NCBI GenBank assembly: GCA_951406725.2
Contig: OX597824.1
Coordinates: 65,038,001-65,102,000 of the forward strand
Source of the DNA: Octopus vulgaris
Lineage: Eukaryota
Length of the DNA stretch: 64,000 bases
Direction: 5' to 3'
The translations under genes were made by a program, and so were the position numbers. Positions 12,001 through 27,000 of the stretch are shown here, one piece after another; within the stretch, counting starts at the first letter, position 1, and each line of letters starts with the position of its first letter. The notes under the pieces were generated by a model, which searched no databases, was not told the DNA's origin, and was given only the letters and a program-made list of their open reading frames with translations.

Positions 12001-15000
12001 ACACACACAAAATCTAAAAAGTCTTGTTGAATGACAATGCAAAGTGCCAATAAACAACTGTCAGTTGTTTATTGGTAACACTGGTTTAATATTCCAATAA
12101 AAGAAATTTGTTAATTTAGCAAATCTTATCAAAATCCTCATTTTAAATATTTACTGTAATACACAGGTGGTTATACTGTCATTAGAAATGATAGTGAAAT
12201 GAGTTTAGAGATTTTAGCTAAACAGTAATAGTTACGTTAATTTTTGCTTAATAAATTACTCCCAACAAGTATAATATTCATTATCTATGGAATTATTTTA
12301 ATGCACTAGTTTTCTTGATTGTATATTAATCAACATTTAAGTTAAAAATAAAGCCTTTCCTACCTTGGAAACAGTGGAAATTGACTGCTTGTAATAATAA
12401 GAAAAAGTTGGTTCTGTGCTCTGGGAATTCCTCAAAATCCTAAAAGAAAACCGGATAATAAATTAATAGTGATCTGCTATATTAACACATAGACATACAT
12501 TACAGAAAATAGAATGGTTTATTTAATTCACTCTATTACACAACAGGGTTTTATTTTAACAACCACAAAGGAATGAAATAGAAAATTAACTCAGAATATA
12601 CAAAAAATAGGACTAAATAGTGTAAGGTATTCAGTGTAACTCTCTACAGTTTTTGCCATTTACTGAGAGACACTACTCATAAGACATTTAGTATGAGTCT
12701 ACAATTTCTATCATTTATTGATAAACTGAAATCAGGGACAGAAAAAAGAAAAAAAAATAATAAAGAAAAACTAGCTGGACATGTAAAAACTTCACAGAAA
12801 ACAAAAAATGTAAGTATCTGTAAATTGTGTGCTGATGCCATGAGAAATGTTTGTGACACTTAGACACTTACAGAATATCGAAAGCAGTGTAAAACCAATA
12901 ACTATATAATCCAACCAAAAATGTTTTCCAGCATTTTCTGTATGAGAATGGTTCCATTCTCTTTCACTATTATTCTCTAGCCACTCCCTTCCTTCACTCG
13001 ATCTATCTCTCTAAATCTCTCTCTTTTCCCTCTCCCTCCTCCATGTCTCCTTGCCTCTAACTGTCCCCCTACATTTAATGCATTATATTTCTCTTACCTC
13101 TCAGCACTATCAATCTCCTCTCTCTTTCTCTCTCTCTCACTCCTCCTCTTTGCCACTTTGCCTCTCACTTCAACTATACTTCCTCTGCTTCTGTCCCTCC
13201 CCTCTCACCCTCTTTGCCACACACTTCAAGTATACCTCCTCCGCTCAACATCTTTATTTCTCTTTTTTGTACCTCTTCCTTTGAAGTTAAGTGTGACACA
13301 CACCACAGGTACATACATAAACAAAAAAAAACTAAGCATATTAATATTATTGATAATCCTTTCTACTATAAGCACAAAGCATGAAATTTTTGAGGAGGAT
13401 GATATTTGATTACATTGACCAGTGTGCGTAACTGGTACTTATTTCATTCACCCTGAAAGGATGAAAAGCAAAATTGACCTTGCCACCTTAATAAATCATC
13501 ATCATTTAACATCCATCTTCCATGCATGCATGGTAGGACGGCTGACAGGTGCCAAGTAGGTAGAGAAACTACCCTAAGTTACTGTGTCTGTTTTGGCAAG
13601 GATTTTACGGCTGGATGCCCTTCGTAACACCAACCACTCCGCAGAGTGGACTCAGTGCTTTTTACGTGGCATTAGCCCAGGCGAAGTTAGTGTTGGCAGG
13701 ATTTTTACAGCTGGATGCCTTTCCAAATGCCAACCACGTTAAAGTGTGGACTGATACTTTTAACGTGGCACCAGCACTGGCAGGGTAACCAAGTAACTTG
13801 CAAGACAAGGAATTATGAGAGTAGCAAGGCATTTCAGGAGGGGAACTTGCATCAGAGGATGAAAGGTTACAGTGTGACAAAGAGGCCTGAAATTTTGGGG
13901 AGAATGAAACTCAAAATCAATCTTAGTAGAATATGAACTTGGAATGTAAAGTAGGGACAAGTGTATGTATATCTGTATTCTATTCTTTGAGGGTTTCAAT
14001 GAAGGAGAATAGCCCTGATCTGAGTCATCTCAATGTTGTACATCAAAAACATCTCTGGCCAAGAGACACAGAAAAGCATATTCAATACTTTGAAATTAAT
14101 GATAACATTGTATAACATGATTTTTGTCCTTGGGTAGCAACTGTTATTTCCTATTTGCTTATCCATAGAAAGTATGGAAAATGGCTAATACTTCCTTCAA
14201 ATTTTGCTTTTGTTGCAATTATTCAAACCCCAAAGAACCCTTTCAACACATGGCTATGATGCTCCCCAACAACTCCTGCTCATGATTAGAGTTGCACATA
14301 TTGCCAGCCACTAAAGGACATGTTCAAGTGGTTATGGTCAAGCAACTGACAAGCAAATCTGAATTATTGAGCAGCACATTTGCTATAACAATATTTCTGC
14401 TTCAGCAACTCACTGCTGAATCTGTCTGAAATGTAATGGAAAATAAGCCAGTTTCAAAACACTGATGTCCAGGTCACAAAAGCAAAGTTTGAAGGCAATA
14501 GTAGTCATTTCTTTTAATTTCTAGATAGAAGCAAATAAGAAATAACACTTACTGGCTAAAGACAAAAAATATTTCAATTTTGTTACACAGTGTAAATATT
14601 ATAATAATGAAAATACTATAGTTAGTATACTTCCAAAATTTTAAGCTTAGTTTATTATTTCATAAAATGACAAATTTTTAACAATACAAACCTTGTTAAT
14701 CATATCTAGAGTACATTCAAATACAGCATCAAATATTTGAGGAATTTCTTCTGTTATATGGCTCTAGAAAATATTTAAAGCAATATTATAATCAATATAC
14801 ATTTATGAATAATAAAAAGTTCAGCTTATATAATTAGGAGTTGTTAGAATTTTTTTACCTTTAACTAAATAAGATATTTACAAACATAAGCTTAATGCTT
14901 TTTTGCAGAAAAGGAATATCACTTATGGAATTGAAAATATTTTTAAAAGTTTATGACTGATAAGCATTCACTTTCAAAGTAGATCAGTCGTTCAGTTCAT

Positions 15001-18000
15001 ATATTCCTTACTGAAACTGATTCCAATCTTTCTATTAGAATTTGCAGAATTTCATGAAATGTGACCCTATAAACAAGCAAATTCATAATTAAATAGTCTA
15101 AAGTGAATCACAGACTCAAGCGTATATATACAACTTAAAGATTCCATTAACTAAACTTAGAGTTTTCATGCAATTATATATCAATATGTATAATTATTAC
15201 TTCAATTTTCTTTCAGTAGAAAAACCCAACAAATTATTCTTACAGCCAATGCAGTTGTGCAAGGGCATGTCACACTAAGGGAGATAACTACAATTTCTCC
15301 ACTAAATGCCACTAAGTATATGGACTTTTCTGGTTTGGTACACGTTTAGGCTACCAGGGTAGGTTAGATTCCAAACCATGATGAAGGCAACTGAACCAGG
15401 AGATGAGAAGTAATAGAAAAGCCTAACTTTGCGGCAAACATTTGCAGCAACTTTCTGCTACCAGCATTCCTAAAAAATGTGACTGGGTAGTCAAACAGTC
15501 AGGCTGTGGGAACCTCATACATCAGGAACAACAGAAGTATCAACTGAATATATTACACACATAAAGAAGGTGGTAGTCATGTTTGTGTTAAGGAAAGGTA
15601 GAAATAAAAAGGGAAATAATGAAAATAATTCAGTATCTCATATGACAGATGCAATATGAATACGCGCAAGAATAAGTGAAACTAAGAAACAATAAAATAA
15701 AAAATTTAATGGTGTGCAGATCCAAAGAAATGGGCATCAGAGAGTTACTAAAATGAAACTGCAGAAGAAAAAAATTTACTAAAGAAATTTTAGTAAATGC
15801 CAATAAATGTAGTTTTCTGTATTCTAACTTTATTTTATAATCAGTTTTGGTACATTTTAATAAAGTAATAAAGTAATGTTACAGCACAAACAGCTATACA
15901 AGAATAAATAAAAGAAAAATATTTACCGCTAAAGTGTTAACTATAGTGGCCATGGTACTAAGAACTTCTGGTTCTCGAGCAGCAGGTACATTTCTCTGGT
16001 AGTCTAATAGTACAGCATCCAGCAATGGGGGAATAAAGTTACCTGCAACCTGACATTTCAAAGGAAGATTTTTAAATTTGAGTCTACACTTTGAAAGAAA
16101 TCTTTTGCAATGAATCAAAAAAATTAAATTAGCACAATTCATTTAAATCTTAAATAAAAAAAGAATTATCATCACACCTGTATGATTGAAGCCTACATCA
16201 GCTTATAACCGACATATACTTCAATTCAATTTTCAAAACAATCAGAAATTAACTTTTTTCATTTATAGGCTTACTTAACCATGTTTGGAGTGCAAGATTT
16301 CAGTGAAAATTTTAATTTAAATATTAACATTTTAATCAGAAACATTACTATCAAAGGGCATCTTCTATGAAATATGAAACAAATACAAAATGGCTTGGTG
16401 CTCATGATTCTGAGTTCCAATATTGCTAGTAGCTGTGAAATAGCTATAAGATATGGGTTCAAATTTGTTGCAGGGGTTTTGTTGTCTCTTTGAGCAGAAA
16501 ACTGTATTATCCAAGTTACTTGTTTGAAGTTGATTTCACTTTCATCTACTTATGTTTTATAAACCAGACTTAAATATCAGCTCTGTAGTCAATGAAATTT
16601 GAGAAGATTAGAGTGTTAATTCTAACTGCACAAAAGCTCCTTTGTTGGTTTATTTAAAAATAGTAAAGTGTCCCCTTGATATTTTACACCTATACATCAT
16701 AGGAAGATGTGGCACCATTGAGAAAAGCAACTTGTCTGAGAAGCTGGACATGAACAAACTGAATATACCAAAAGGACTCAACGAGTCGCAGTGAAAGCAA
16801 CCTACTTTCCAGAGCAGTAACTGAATAAACACTAATACAGGGAAGAGAGGACTACCACAGAACCTCCCTAGTGTCAGTAGCATCACTCATTCTATGCTGT
16901 AAAATGACTATAGGAAGGAAATTCTCTAACTTCTCTAATGCTGGTGGCATGATCAAATCCACCCAGTAGTTGTGAAGCAGTTTACAGCAGGAAGTATAAC
17001 CAACTATGACAAAAAAATAAACAAGGCAAACATAGCAAAAAAAGATAGGCAGTTTTCTCTTGTTGTGTAGGCTAGATAGCAAAGAACCACAACAGGTGAA
17101 ATACTGAGACCAACAGATGCTAACATGAGAAAGCAGATGTAAAACAATAATATGACTGGTAATTCTATATAGCAGGTTGGTGGAAGAACATCCAGCTGTA
17201 AAATCCCTGCTAAAACAGACACAGTAGCCTAGGGTAGTTATTATACATGGCTGGCTCCTGTCAACCATGCATGCATGGAAGATGGCTGTATGATGATGAT
17301 GTAATGCTTATTTATTCACATTGATATGAATTAGTCATGCCTTACCTTATAGCTTTGATATTTCAATGACATGATTGTTTATTTTTAGAATATTGTAAGA
17401 TAAGTGTGAGAGGCTGGATCTGGTCAGTTTGAAGATAATACAAGTAGATTATTTTGGCTGGATATGGATGGTTTAAATGCTAAAGGCTTAAATTCCAATG
17501 ATTTACAATTATGCATTTTCAATAAAATTGGGGGGTATGCATTTGTGTTATATTGTATGACCATAGCACCATCATATTCTGAATGGCATGTTGATGATCT
17601 TCATCACTTTTGCAATCCAAATTCAGAAATATCTATACCTTATTCATCCAAAAACTAGCCACAGTTAATTTTTTTTTTCTTTACATTTTGTAAAGTCTCC
17701 AACTGCAAGTCTTCCCAAGCTGAAATCGCTACTTACTGAAGTATATTAATTGCAAAAAAAAAAAAAAAATCAAGCTCCACTTCAGGCATTGAAATAAATG
17801 TGTTGATGAAAATTTCATAGTATTTAGAAATGGCTTTAACTTGCATCACATTGAAGCTACAAGATTTCAATGACATAACTTTATTTTTAGAATGATATTG
17901 TAGGGTAGGTACAAGAGGCCACATCTGGCTGGTTTGAACATAAAACAGGTAAAATATTTGGGCTGGATATGGCTGCTTTCAATACTAGAGTTAAATTATA

Positions 18001-21000
18001 TAGATCTGCTAGGCTATAGCTAAGCAAGGAACAAAGAGATAGGATACCCAACAACAACCACAACAACAGCTGTGTGTTAAAATATAGCAAACAAGTTCAT
18101 AAATTATAATTTCTTTTGAAAAGGGAAAAGAAAAGAATTCCTATTTCCAGCAAAGTAGGTTTCTATAGATGAGAACATATTTACCATTTGTGGATCTGCA
18201 GATCGACTGACCCAACCAGAAATTAGTTTGAGGGTCTCTTTCTTTACTGTTCGCATACTTCTGATGAGAGGCTGTTTTGTAACACTCTCTCCATTTGTAG
18301 CAATTGCACTGCTAATATTTTCACTCATCACTTTGTAAACATTAAGCATGTCCAAATAAATTCGTCCAAGCTGAAAGTAAATTTTAATTCAATCTCTTAA
18401 TAACAGAGGAGTTCAGTAGCATTTCAATTTCAAAAAATAAGCTTTTTCTTAAAATTTATCACATCTGTAACTAGTACACAAGAGATACAAGAAAATAAAA
18501 TCTTATAACTTTAATTTTGAAGTTTTTATAGGCATAACATAATTCAGTATATGAATATAGAAAAGGCATAGCTGCGTAGATATGGAATTTGCTTCATAAA
18601 CATGGTCTCAGGCTCTATCCCACTGCATGGCACCTTGAGCAAGTGTCTTTCTACTGGAGCCTTGGGTTGACTAATGGCTTGTAAGTGGAATTGGTATACA
18701 GAACTATATAGAAGTTCACTATGTATGAGGGTGTCTAAATGACAACACTGGAGTCAAATGGTGATGACATGTCTATGTCACCAATAAACAATACCGTGTT
18801 TATCCCTAATTCTTGTGAGAAGAAATGAAAAAACATCCCTTACTTGAAAAAATAGGTAAGAGTTAGTGACAAGAAGAAATTTCAGCCTCATAAACAAAAA
18901 CAAGATGTAAACAATGAAATAAAATCCATGAAACAGTTTGTTGTACTGTTGGAACTTATAATGGTGTAATGGACACAGAAAGATGTATGAGGTGCTTTCC
19001 AGAAGTCTTGAAACTTTTTTTCTTAGGAGAGGCAGTTATAACTGTTCTAGATTATTCTAATTTTAGTACATAACTACACATCTGATAAACTGACCTGCCA
19101 ACTTTTGTTATTCCAAATTGAAGTAGACAGTTGTAACAGCACATTGAACACACTCTACTAAACACTGCTTGTCACAACTGACTTGTTTGCAGAATGCAGC
19201 CAGGACGTTTGGAAGCTCATCATCATCATCATCGTTTAACGTCCGCTTTCCATGCTAGCATGGGTTGGACGAGAAATAAAGTTTTGTGTTAAACTGAGCA
19301 AAACACTACAGAAATTTATGAAATGCTCCAGGCTGAATATGGATTAACTTTTTTGCTGGCTCAACAGTTCCAAAGATGGTTTGAGAGGAGGTAAGAGATG
19401 ATGAGAAGATGTGTGGGAGGAAGAGGGACATCAGATTGTCAAAGATGGTTGAGAAAATTTGAAATTTTCTGGATGAAGACAATTGTGTGTGTTTATAAAG
19501 ACAATAAGCATACAGTTTGGAGTTGGTGTGGCAACTATACACAGAATTATTCATGAAGATCTGAACATGCACAAAACTTGAGCAAAGTTTGTTCCCAGGA
19601 TGCTCAATGACAAGTATTCTGGTAACCAACCACTTGACAGAGATGGGCAGTTATTTTGAAGATAAAGGCAGCTCTGACAAGGGTCCTGGACACCTTCACT
19701 TTGGAGGACCTTCATCAGGCGTTCACAAAGTGACTGGAAGACTACAGAAAGTGCATTGAAGTTGGAGGGTCCTACTCAGTAGAGTTTTGTATTTTTTTAA
19801 ATTAATAAATGTCTCACATGAAATAGTGTGAAAACTTCTGGAATGCACTTCATATATAAATTAAACTATTATACCAACCTGTAACACATATGGATGCCCT
19901 AAAGCCTTACATGCTCGAACATTTGTTTTTAAAATATTACTAAGTTGTTTCACAGCATCAGGATCCTTTAGAACTTCTACATTCTAAAAGAGGAAAAAGT
20001 AAATGTTCAAAATGTTACTTCTTTTTATATCAATTTCAAAACATCAAAGTTATTTCAAAATATATTTCTAAATAATGCACCTAAATATGTTACTAAACAG
20101 CATGCATAATGTTCAACAAACAGCAAATTCTTAAAATGGAATTACAATAAATTTGTGATCAACAATTTAAAAAATTAATTCTATGAATTATATCAGTTCT
20201 CACTGACAGTAGGAAGTATTTACCTGTGTTGCCTGGTTGATTATACCATCCCATACTTGATTGGGTAACAACATATACCGTTCTATCAAATGATCCTGGG
20301 GAACTTGGTCTATTTGTGCACTAATCATTAATCCAACAGCTTCATAAAATGTATGAACCTAGAAAAACATTAAGATTAGTATGAAAAATATTGATGACAT
20401 CTTTTGAGCTATCTTGCTAAATATATTATTAGCCATATACCCAAACATATCCCCTGCTCTATTTACCCTATTTACTTAGCAGCACAACATATGAGAACAA
20501 TCGCTGTCAAATTGTATGGCAACAGATATGTAATTAAAAGGTTTACAGAGTTCAGATGGAATTATCTCAAAGCTAGGATAAATTAAATTAGTAAAGAGAG
20601 ACATTAAATTAGTAAAAACCATTGCATTTTGTACTGGTACAGTAGTAAATGGAAGCAGTAGTGAATGTGACCAAAAAAGATTGCTTATCTATGCACAATA
20701 TGTAATGAGATTAAATATTTTAGGCAAAATATTTTAACACCAAGCCAGCCATCCATACAAACACAGAAGAAAATGTTAAAGTACTACAAAAAAACTTATT
20801 ATTAAGGTTAACAGCAATTTGAAAACTCTAATTTAGGATTGTGAATTTAAGAATTTCAAGTAATACAAATTCATGATTTGATTTATTACAATGTTTCATT
20901 TATATGTGTGCATGTGTGTGTCGTTCCACATAAAAACCACTGGTGAAGATGCCGTATAAAAAACACAGGCCATGGTGCCACATAAAATGCACCCAATACA

Positions 21001-24000
21001 CTCTGTAAAGTGGTTGGCATAAGAAGGACATCCAGCAATAGAAATCAAGCCAAAACAGACTATGGAACCTAGTGCGACTTCTGGCCTTACCATCTCCTGT
21101 CAAACCATCCAATCCATGCCAGTATGGAAATTGGACAGAGTTAATAACAATAATCATCATTATCTACAGGTATGTTGATGCAAATAGGAAAAATACAACT
21201 CAGAATATGAGTATATGTACATTCTTATTAATATTTAGCAGAAGTAACAGAGTGACTCAAGGTCCAAGGGCTTCATGCAATGGTACTAGTTTGATAAGTG
21301 CCAATGCACAAAACTCTCAGACTTTGAGTCACTCTATTACTTCTACTAAACATTAATAAACACACACACACACACACATGCATTAAAAATATATTGACAC
21401 AATCCAAAAGGTGTAATTACCTGCTGAGGCTGAAGGTCACAAATTATAGTATTGATAGTGGCTAAGATTTCCTCAATAAATGGCATAACTTCTCCAACTT
21501 GAACTTGAACAAAATGGCGGCGACATTTTTGAGCTATCTTAATAAATGTATCACAAGCCATATCCTGTACACCATCGTGTGTTTCTAGAAAGAGAAATTA
21601 TCAAATTTGTAAAAATTAGAAAAATGATACTTTCTTACAAATACATGAGACAAAGAAAAACACTATTGCTATTAATATTCTAATAACTGAATGAAAAGTT
21701 TAAATTTTAAAATTTAAACTTTCAATCAATGTAATTTTGCTAACCACGGACCAGAAAAAATTATCAATTTTAATCTTTTTTCAACAATAACAACATATAA
21801 AATTTCATATATTTAAATAGTAATACTATTGCCCAAATCAAATTTTTTTACTCTATTTAATAAAAAGAAAAATGAATTTAAATATAATTACCATGCATGA
21901 ATTCAAACAGCTTATTAACCACTGTTTTTAAAAATTTCCAGTGTGCTCGAAGGAATCGTGGGTACTGTCCAACAACATACATGATATTCGATGCAATAAT
22001 GGCTTTATTGTCTTTGCCTCGCTTTTGTTCACACAATCCCAAGAGATCCTACAACCACAAGAACAGGAGTCAGATAATTGCAAACAACTAAATACATAAA
22101 TATATTAATCATTAGAGGACCAATTACAAATAACAAAGACTAACCTTGATTACAGTAACCAAAAACCGTTTCTCATCATCCTCATACATAGCACCACTAA
22201 TTGAACCAATAGCCCAACAAAGCTGTAATAAAAAAACAACATTTATTTAATATTCATAAATATACAAAACACAGATAAAGTATTGATTTGCCAGTCAGCT
22301 GCGATATGCCACGGTGAGGATGATTCTCTCAAACTGCCAGGTGTCAAAACACTTGAAAGTCATAAGTAGGTGTTTTGACTTTCAGGTGTTTAAAACACCC
22401 AGCACTTTGAGGAAGTCATCCCTACCACACCAAATCACAGTCTACAGGCAAACAAGCAAAGCACATACACTGAGCATATGTGGTCGATAGTGTATATACA
22501 AAATATAATCTTCAATTAAGGTTCTATTCCTTGAATAAAATATAACTACATCAATGAAAACATCACATTAAGTAACTAACCGTATTTAAATTTTTCCATG
22601 ACCACTCTGAGCCATTTACTTGATTGTGAAGCTTGTCAGTCATTATATTCTCTGTATCCACATAATCTAAATGAGTGAGGTAAACTGAAGAAAAAAAAAT
22701 AATAGCATAGAAAAATTAAAAGTGAACTGCATCTATCAATTTAAAAAATCCCTTTGGTCATGAATGACTATGGGATTGCACCTAAAAAGCTCCCCTCCAA
22801 GGCAAGGTTGTTTATGGAAGACCAGCAGTCGCCCATGCATGGCAACCTCCCTTCTCCACACCACTGATATTATCCAAGAGAAAGGCAAAGGCCAATACAG
22901 TTTGGCACCAGTGATGTCACAACTCATTTCTACAGCTGAGTGAACTAGAGCAACATGAGATAGTGCCTTGCTCAAGAACACAACATAGCCTGGTCCGAGA
23001 ATCAAATTCACTACCTCATGATTGTAAGCCCGATGCTCTAACCACTGAGCCATGTGCCTTTCTTTCTTTCTCTCTATCTATATATCACCCTTATTTTATA
23101 TTTGCTTTCCATGCCAACATGGTACACACACACGAAATTGTTGAAACAAGAATTTTATTGTGAGATGTTATCTTATAAGGGAAAGAAAAGCAAAGTCAAC
23201 ATAAGAGGTGTAACCTGGCTGGAACTAAACATCACAAAGCACTTTCATTTGAACAACTAATCCTGGTATGCCTTGCCTCTATACACAGAAATTTCTCTCA
23301 CTCACACAAACAAGCATATATATACAAACAGTGTGACCAAACACAGAACCATATTGTTGTGAAGCAAACTTCTTAACCACAATTCATCTGTAACAAATTA
23401 AAATGGCCCAACTACAGACAATGAAACTATTGTAGCAAAAAATACAATCAGTAAACTGATATTGAATTGATGAAAATAAGTGATTAATCAAAAACCTTTT
23501 ACCACTCATATTACTCTGTCAAATATAATGCTTATTTATTCCCATTCATTATCATCATTTAATGTCCACTTTCCATGCTGGCAGGGGTTGGACAGTTTTA
23601 TGTGGAGCTGGCTAGCAGGGTGCTGTCCAGACTCCAACTGTCTGTTGTGGTATGGTTTCTATGGTTGGATTCCCACTGTTTTGAATTAATCATGCATTAT
23701 CTATTTGCATTGAAATTTTGATGATGTACTTGTTTATTTTTAGTATGACATTATAAGGGAAGGTATGAGAAGCTGAAAATGGTCAGTCTGTACATAAAAC
23801 ACACATAATATTTGAGCCAGATATGCTAAAGGTTTAAACAAATATATTTAAATGTTAATTATAAATAAAGTGTAAATATAAAAAGATAACACAAGATGAA
23901 AAGGAAATATTGTTTTCACACATTGATTACAAGACTACAAATTTGCAGTAAGAAGATAGAATTGATTGAAAAAAATCATGGATTTTTTGGTGTTTTACTT

Positions 24001-27000
24001 TAAAGATTAAAAACCAAAAATCTTATTCGTATTCAAGCCTCAGAATACTAAGTAACAAAACTAAATAGTGCAAAATATTAGCTGAATGCATTTTTGCTAC
24101 TCCACTTATTTCCAAGTTGTGTAAATAATATAAGTAAAAGCAAGATATATCACTAAATAAAAAATATCCTTTAATAGCCACAACCAACAAAGTAAAAAGC
24201 AATATCTCACTTTCATTAAACATAAAGTACTTACCTAGTGTCTCCCTCATATTCTTGTATAGATTGATGGAGTCGGTGTCTTTCATAAACTCACGAACAA
24301 CTTCACCCTGTTCATTTTCTACAACAAGCACTTCTTCTGGTTTTGCCATTCGAGAAATCATGACAGCTCGTACCTTAAAATAATAACATAAAAAATGTAT
24401 GTGTATGTAAGATCACCATCACTGTTTTAACGTCTATTTTCTACGCTTGCACAGGCTGGACAAAGTATTTTTAGCCAGATGTCCTTACAAGTGCTAACCT
24501 TCACTTGTTTCCAAGCAAGGTAATATTTCCCCCATAGTCAGACATGTTTCAATAGAATAGTGGAAATGAATGATACTGTTTGTATGACAGTGACACAACC
24601 ATTTGAAGTCAAGACAAGAATGCATGCACACATACGATGGGCTCCTTTCAGTTTCTACCAAATCCACTAACAAAAGCTTTGGTCAGCCTGAGGCTATATA
24701 TACAGGTGACACTTTCTCAAATTGGCATCCATCAACTATGCAGCTTTTATCATCATCCTACCACTGCTTGTCAATTACAGTGTTCCTCTGCCAACTTCAA
24801 CTTCTTACATTAACTATCTCTGTATTTCTCTTCTACTCTCTTCCCAACTCTATAAAAGCATGACTGACAAAATCGACCAAAACCAACCAGCCAGCCAACA
24901 TCATATTGACTATTATTATATAGAGATATTTTAAGTATAACTGTTTTCAAGTTTACAATGAAGAGATCATTTGAAAGAAAACGCCAGAAAAGGGGAAACT
25001 TCAAAAAGCAGCAACATAAAACAAATATTTTACTCTACCAACAGTTAAGAATTCACAAATCTAAGGTATCATCTGATACTGAAACAACAGTAGCTGGATT
25101 CTCAATTGAGGAAAACACTGCAAATGTGAGCATTACAGAGCTAAAGTCTAGAGTTAAAACAGCTAAATCCAATATCTAGGTTATTAGGATATCTTAATTG
25201 AAGATGAATTCTCATACAGATTTCTTAAATGCTCTTCATAGTGTCAACACTGGAACAGCCCTAGGCAACATTCTGCTAATGTGTGTTAGTACTGATTCTT
25301 ATTTGTTCTGCTAGACTTGAGCCAAGTTCAAATCACACATACTTGTCAAGTACGTCAGCAAAACTCATCTATGATCTTTAGAGTTTTCATGACTTTAAAT
25401 TGCAGTGGAATTTTGCCAGTCAGAAAGCCTAACAGAAGCTGCTGGATTTTTTTTTTTGGGGGGGGGGGGTCCTACATCACAGAGATGCACACATGTGTGC
25501 AGTGAATTACTTTCATTTAATTCCTAGTTAGTTGTAGCTTATTTTACTTCAATCATATACAAAAGCATAAACACAACTATCAAAATTCAATAGCAATAAT
25601 AGTTAACTCTGGTTAGAAAAGAGTTAAAACCCCTCAAGCGAAGCTAAAATACTGATGTGGTGATGGATTGGTTTTATAATATTTCAAAGAAAAACAATAA
25701 CTTACTCGGGAGAGCACTGACATATAGAATTGTCTCCTAATGGGTATTTCACCATGAGATCGACCAAACATCAACGGTGTTGAACCTGCTGAAAATGGAC
25801 TTTCGCGATACAAATCAGCTGCCAAAGAATTCCAATATTCCAGGCATACTTTGAATACTTCCACTTCATCCACTTCAGAAATTCGAATCAAGTAATGATG
25901 AGCCTACAAATTAAACAGTTAAATTTACATTACAACAAGCAAAATCAATATCAAAAAGAATATCCCATCATTATTTATCCACTTTCAGTCTGATTTCCAA
26001 ACAAATTATCATCATCATTGTATTAACATCCATTTTTCTATGCTTGCATGGGTTACACAGAATTTGTTGAGACATATCTTCTAATGTCAGGTACCTTTCC
26101 TGTCATTAACTTTCATCTGTTTTCAAACATGTCTAAAGACTGGCAATGAATGACACTGTTTGTATGATGGTGACATACATTTTACAGTTATCATACACTG
26201 TCAAGGTAAGAAGAAACTAATACACACACACACACAACAGGCTTCCTTCAGTTTCAGTCTACCAAATCTATTTACAATGCTTTGGTCAGTCAGGTGCACA
26301 GTAGAAGACTCTTTCCCAAAGTGCCATGCAGTGGGACTGAACCCAAAACCATGTGATTAGAAAGTAAACTTAACAGACATGTTATTGATATTAAGTTATA
26401 TGCATGTGTAAAAAGCCAATTTCAGAACTGAGATGAGACCAGTATACTTCATTAATCATTAGTTAGTTTGAAATGTAAAAATTAAATGATTTTTGATAAA
26501 ATTATACAAATCAAAGACTATGATCCATTGAATGAGTACTGTTTCAATTCTTATCTAAATAGAAATTCATTCAAATTCTATTTGTCAGAGAAGATAAGAA
26601 GTTTACAAATAAAAAGCAAGATATATCAACTAGTATCATCTATATAAATCTACCACACAATCTAAACACAAGATGAACTAAGTCAATGTGCTTAAAGATA
26701 TGTTCCATATATTTAAATTCTCAACGTCATGAATATATAAAACAAAAGACTTAAGTATAAATTATACAGCAAAATAATTTTTACTCACTTGTATCAAAAG
26801 ATTGTGATACTCATTCTTACGTTCTATGAGTAGAACATGTTCCTTTAGGAAGGTGCACAAAAATAAACTAAGATTTTGAATGAAATTTTGTTCATCATCA
26901 GTCCCTTTCCTATAAGCATCTTTGATAACTGTGTCTAAGGGTAACATCTGCAAAATATAATACACTTTACTTAAGCACAGAAATTCAATTACAAACTCTT

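Noticed and set aside
16100-16230. Possible intronic C/D snoRNA (minus-strand GTGATGA at 16170-16176)
   Set aside because: No D box (CTGA) or terminal stem at a suitable distance downstream.
22990-23058. tRNA-like A/B-box sequence (also at 1860-1908, 45905 and 60802)
   Set aside because: It runs directly into repeated SINE bodies and I could not find a complete cloverleaf, so these are SINE heads rather than tRNA genes.
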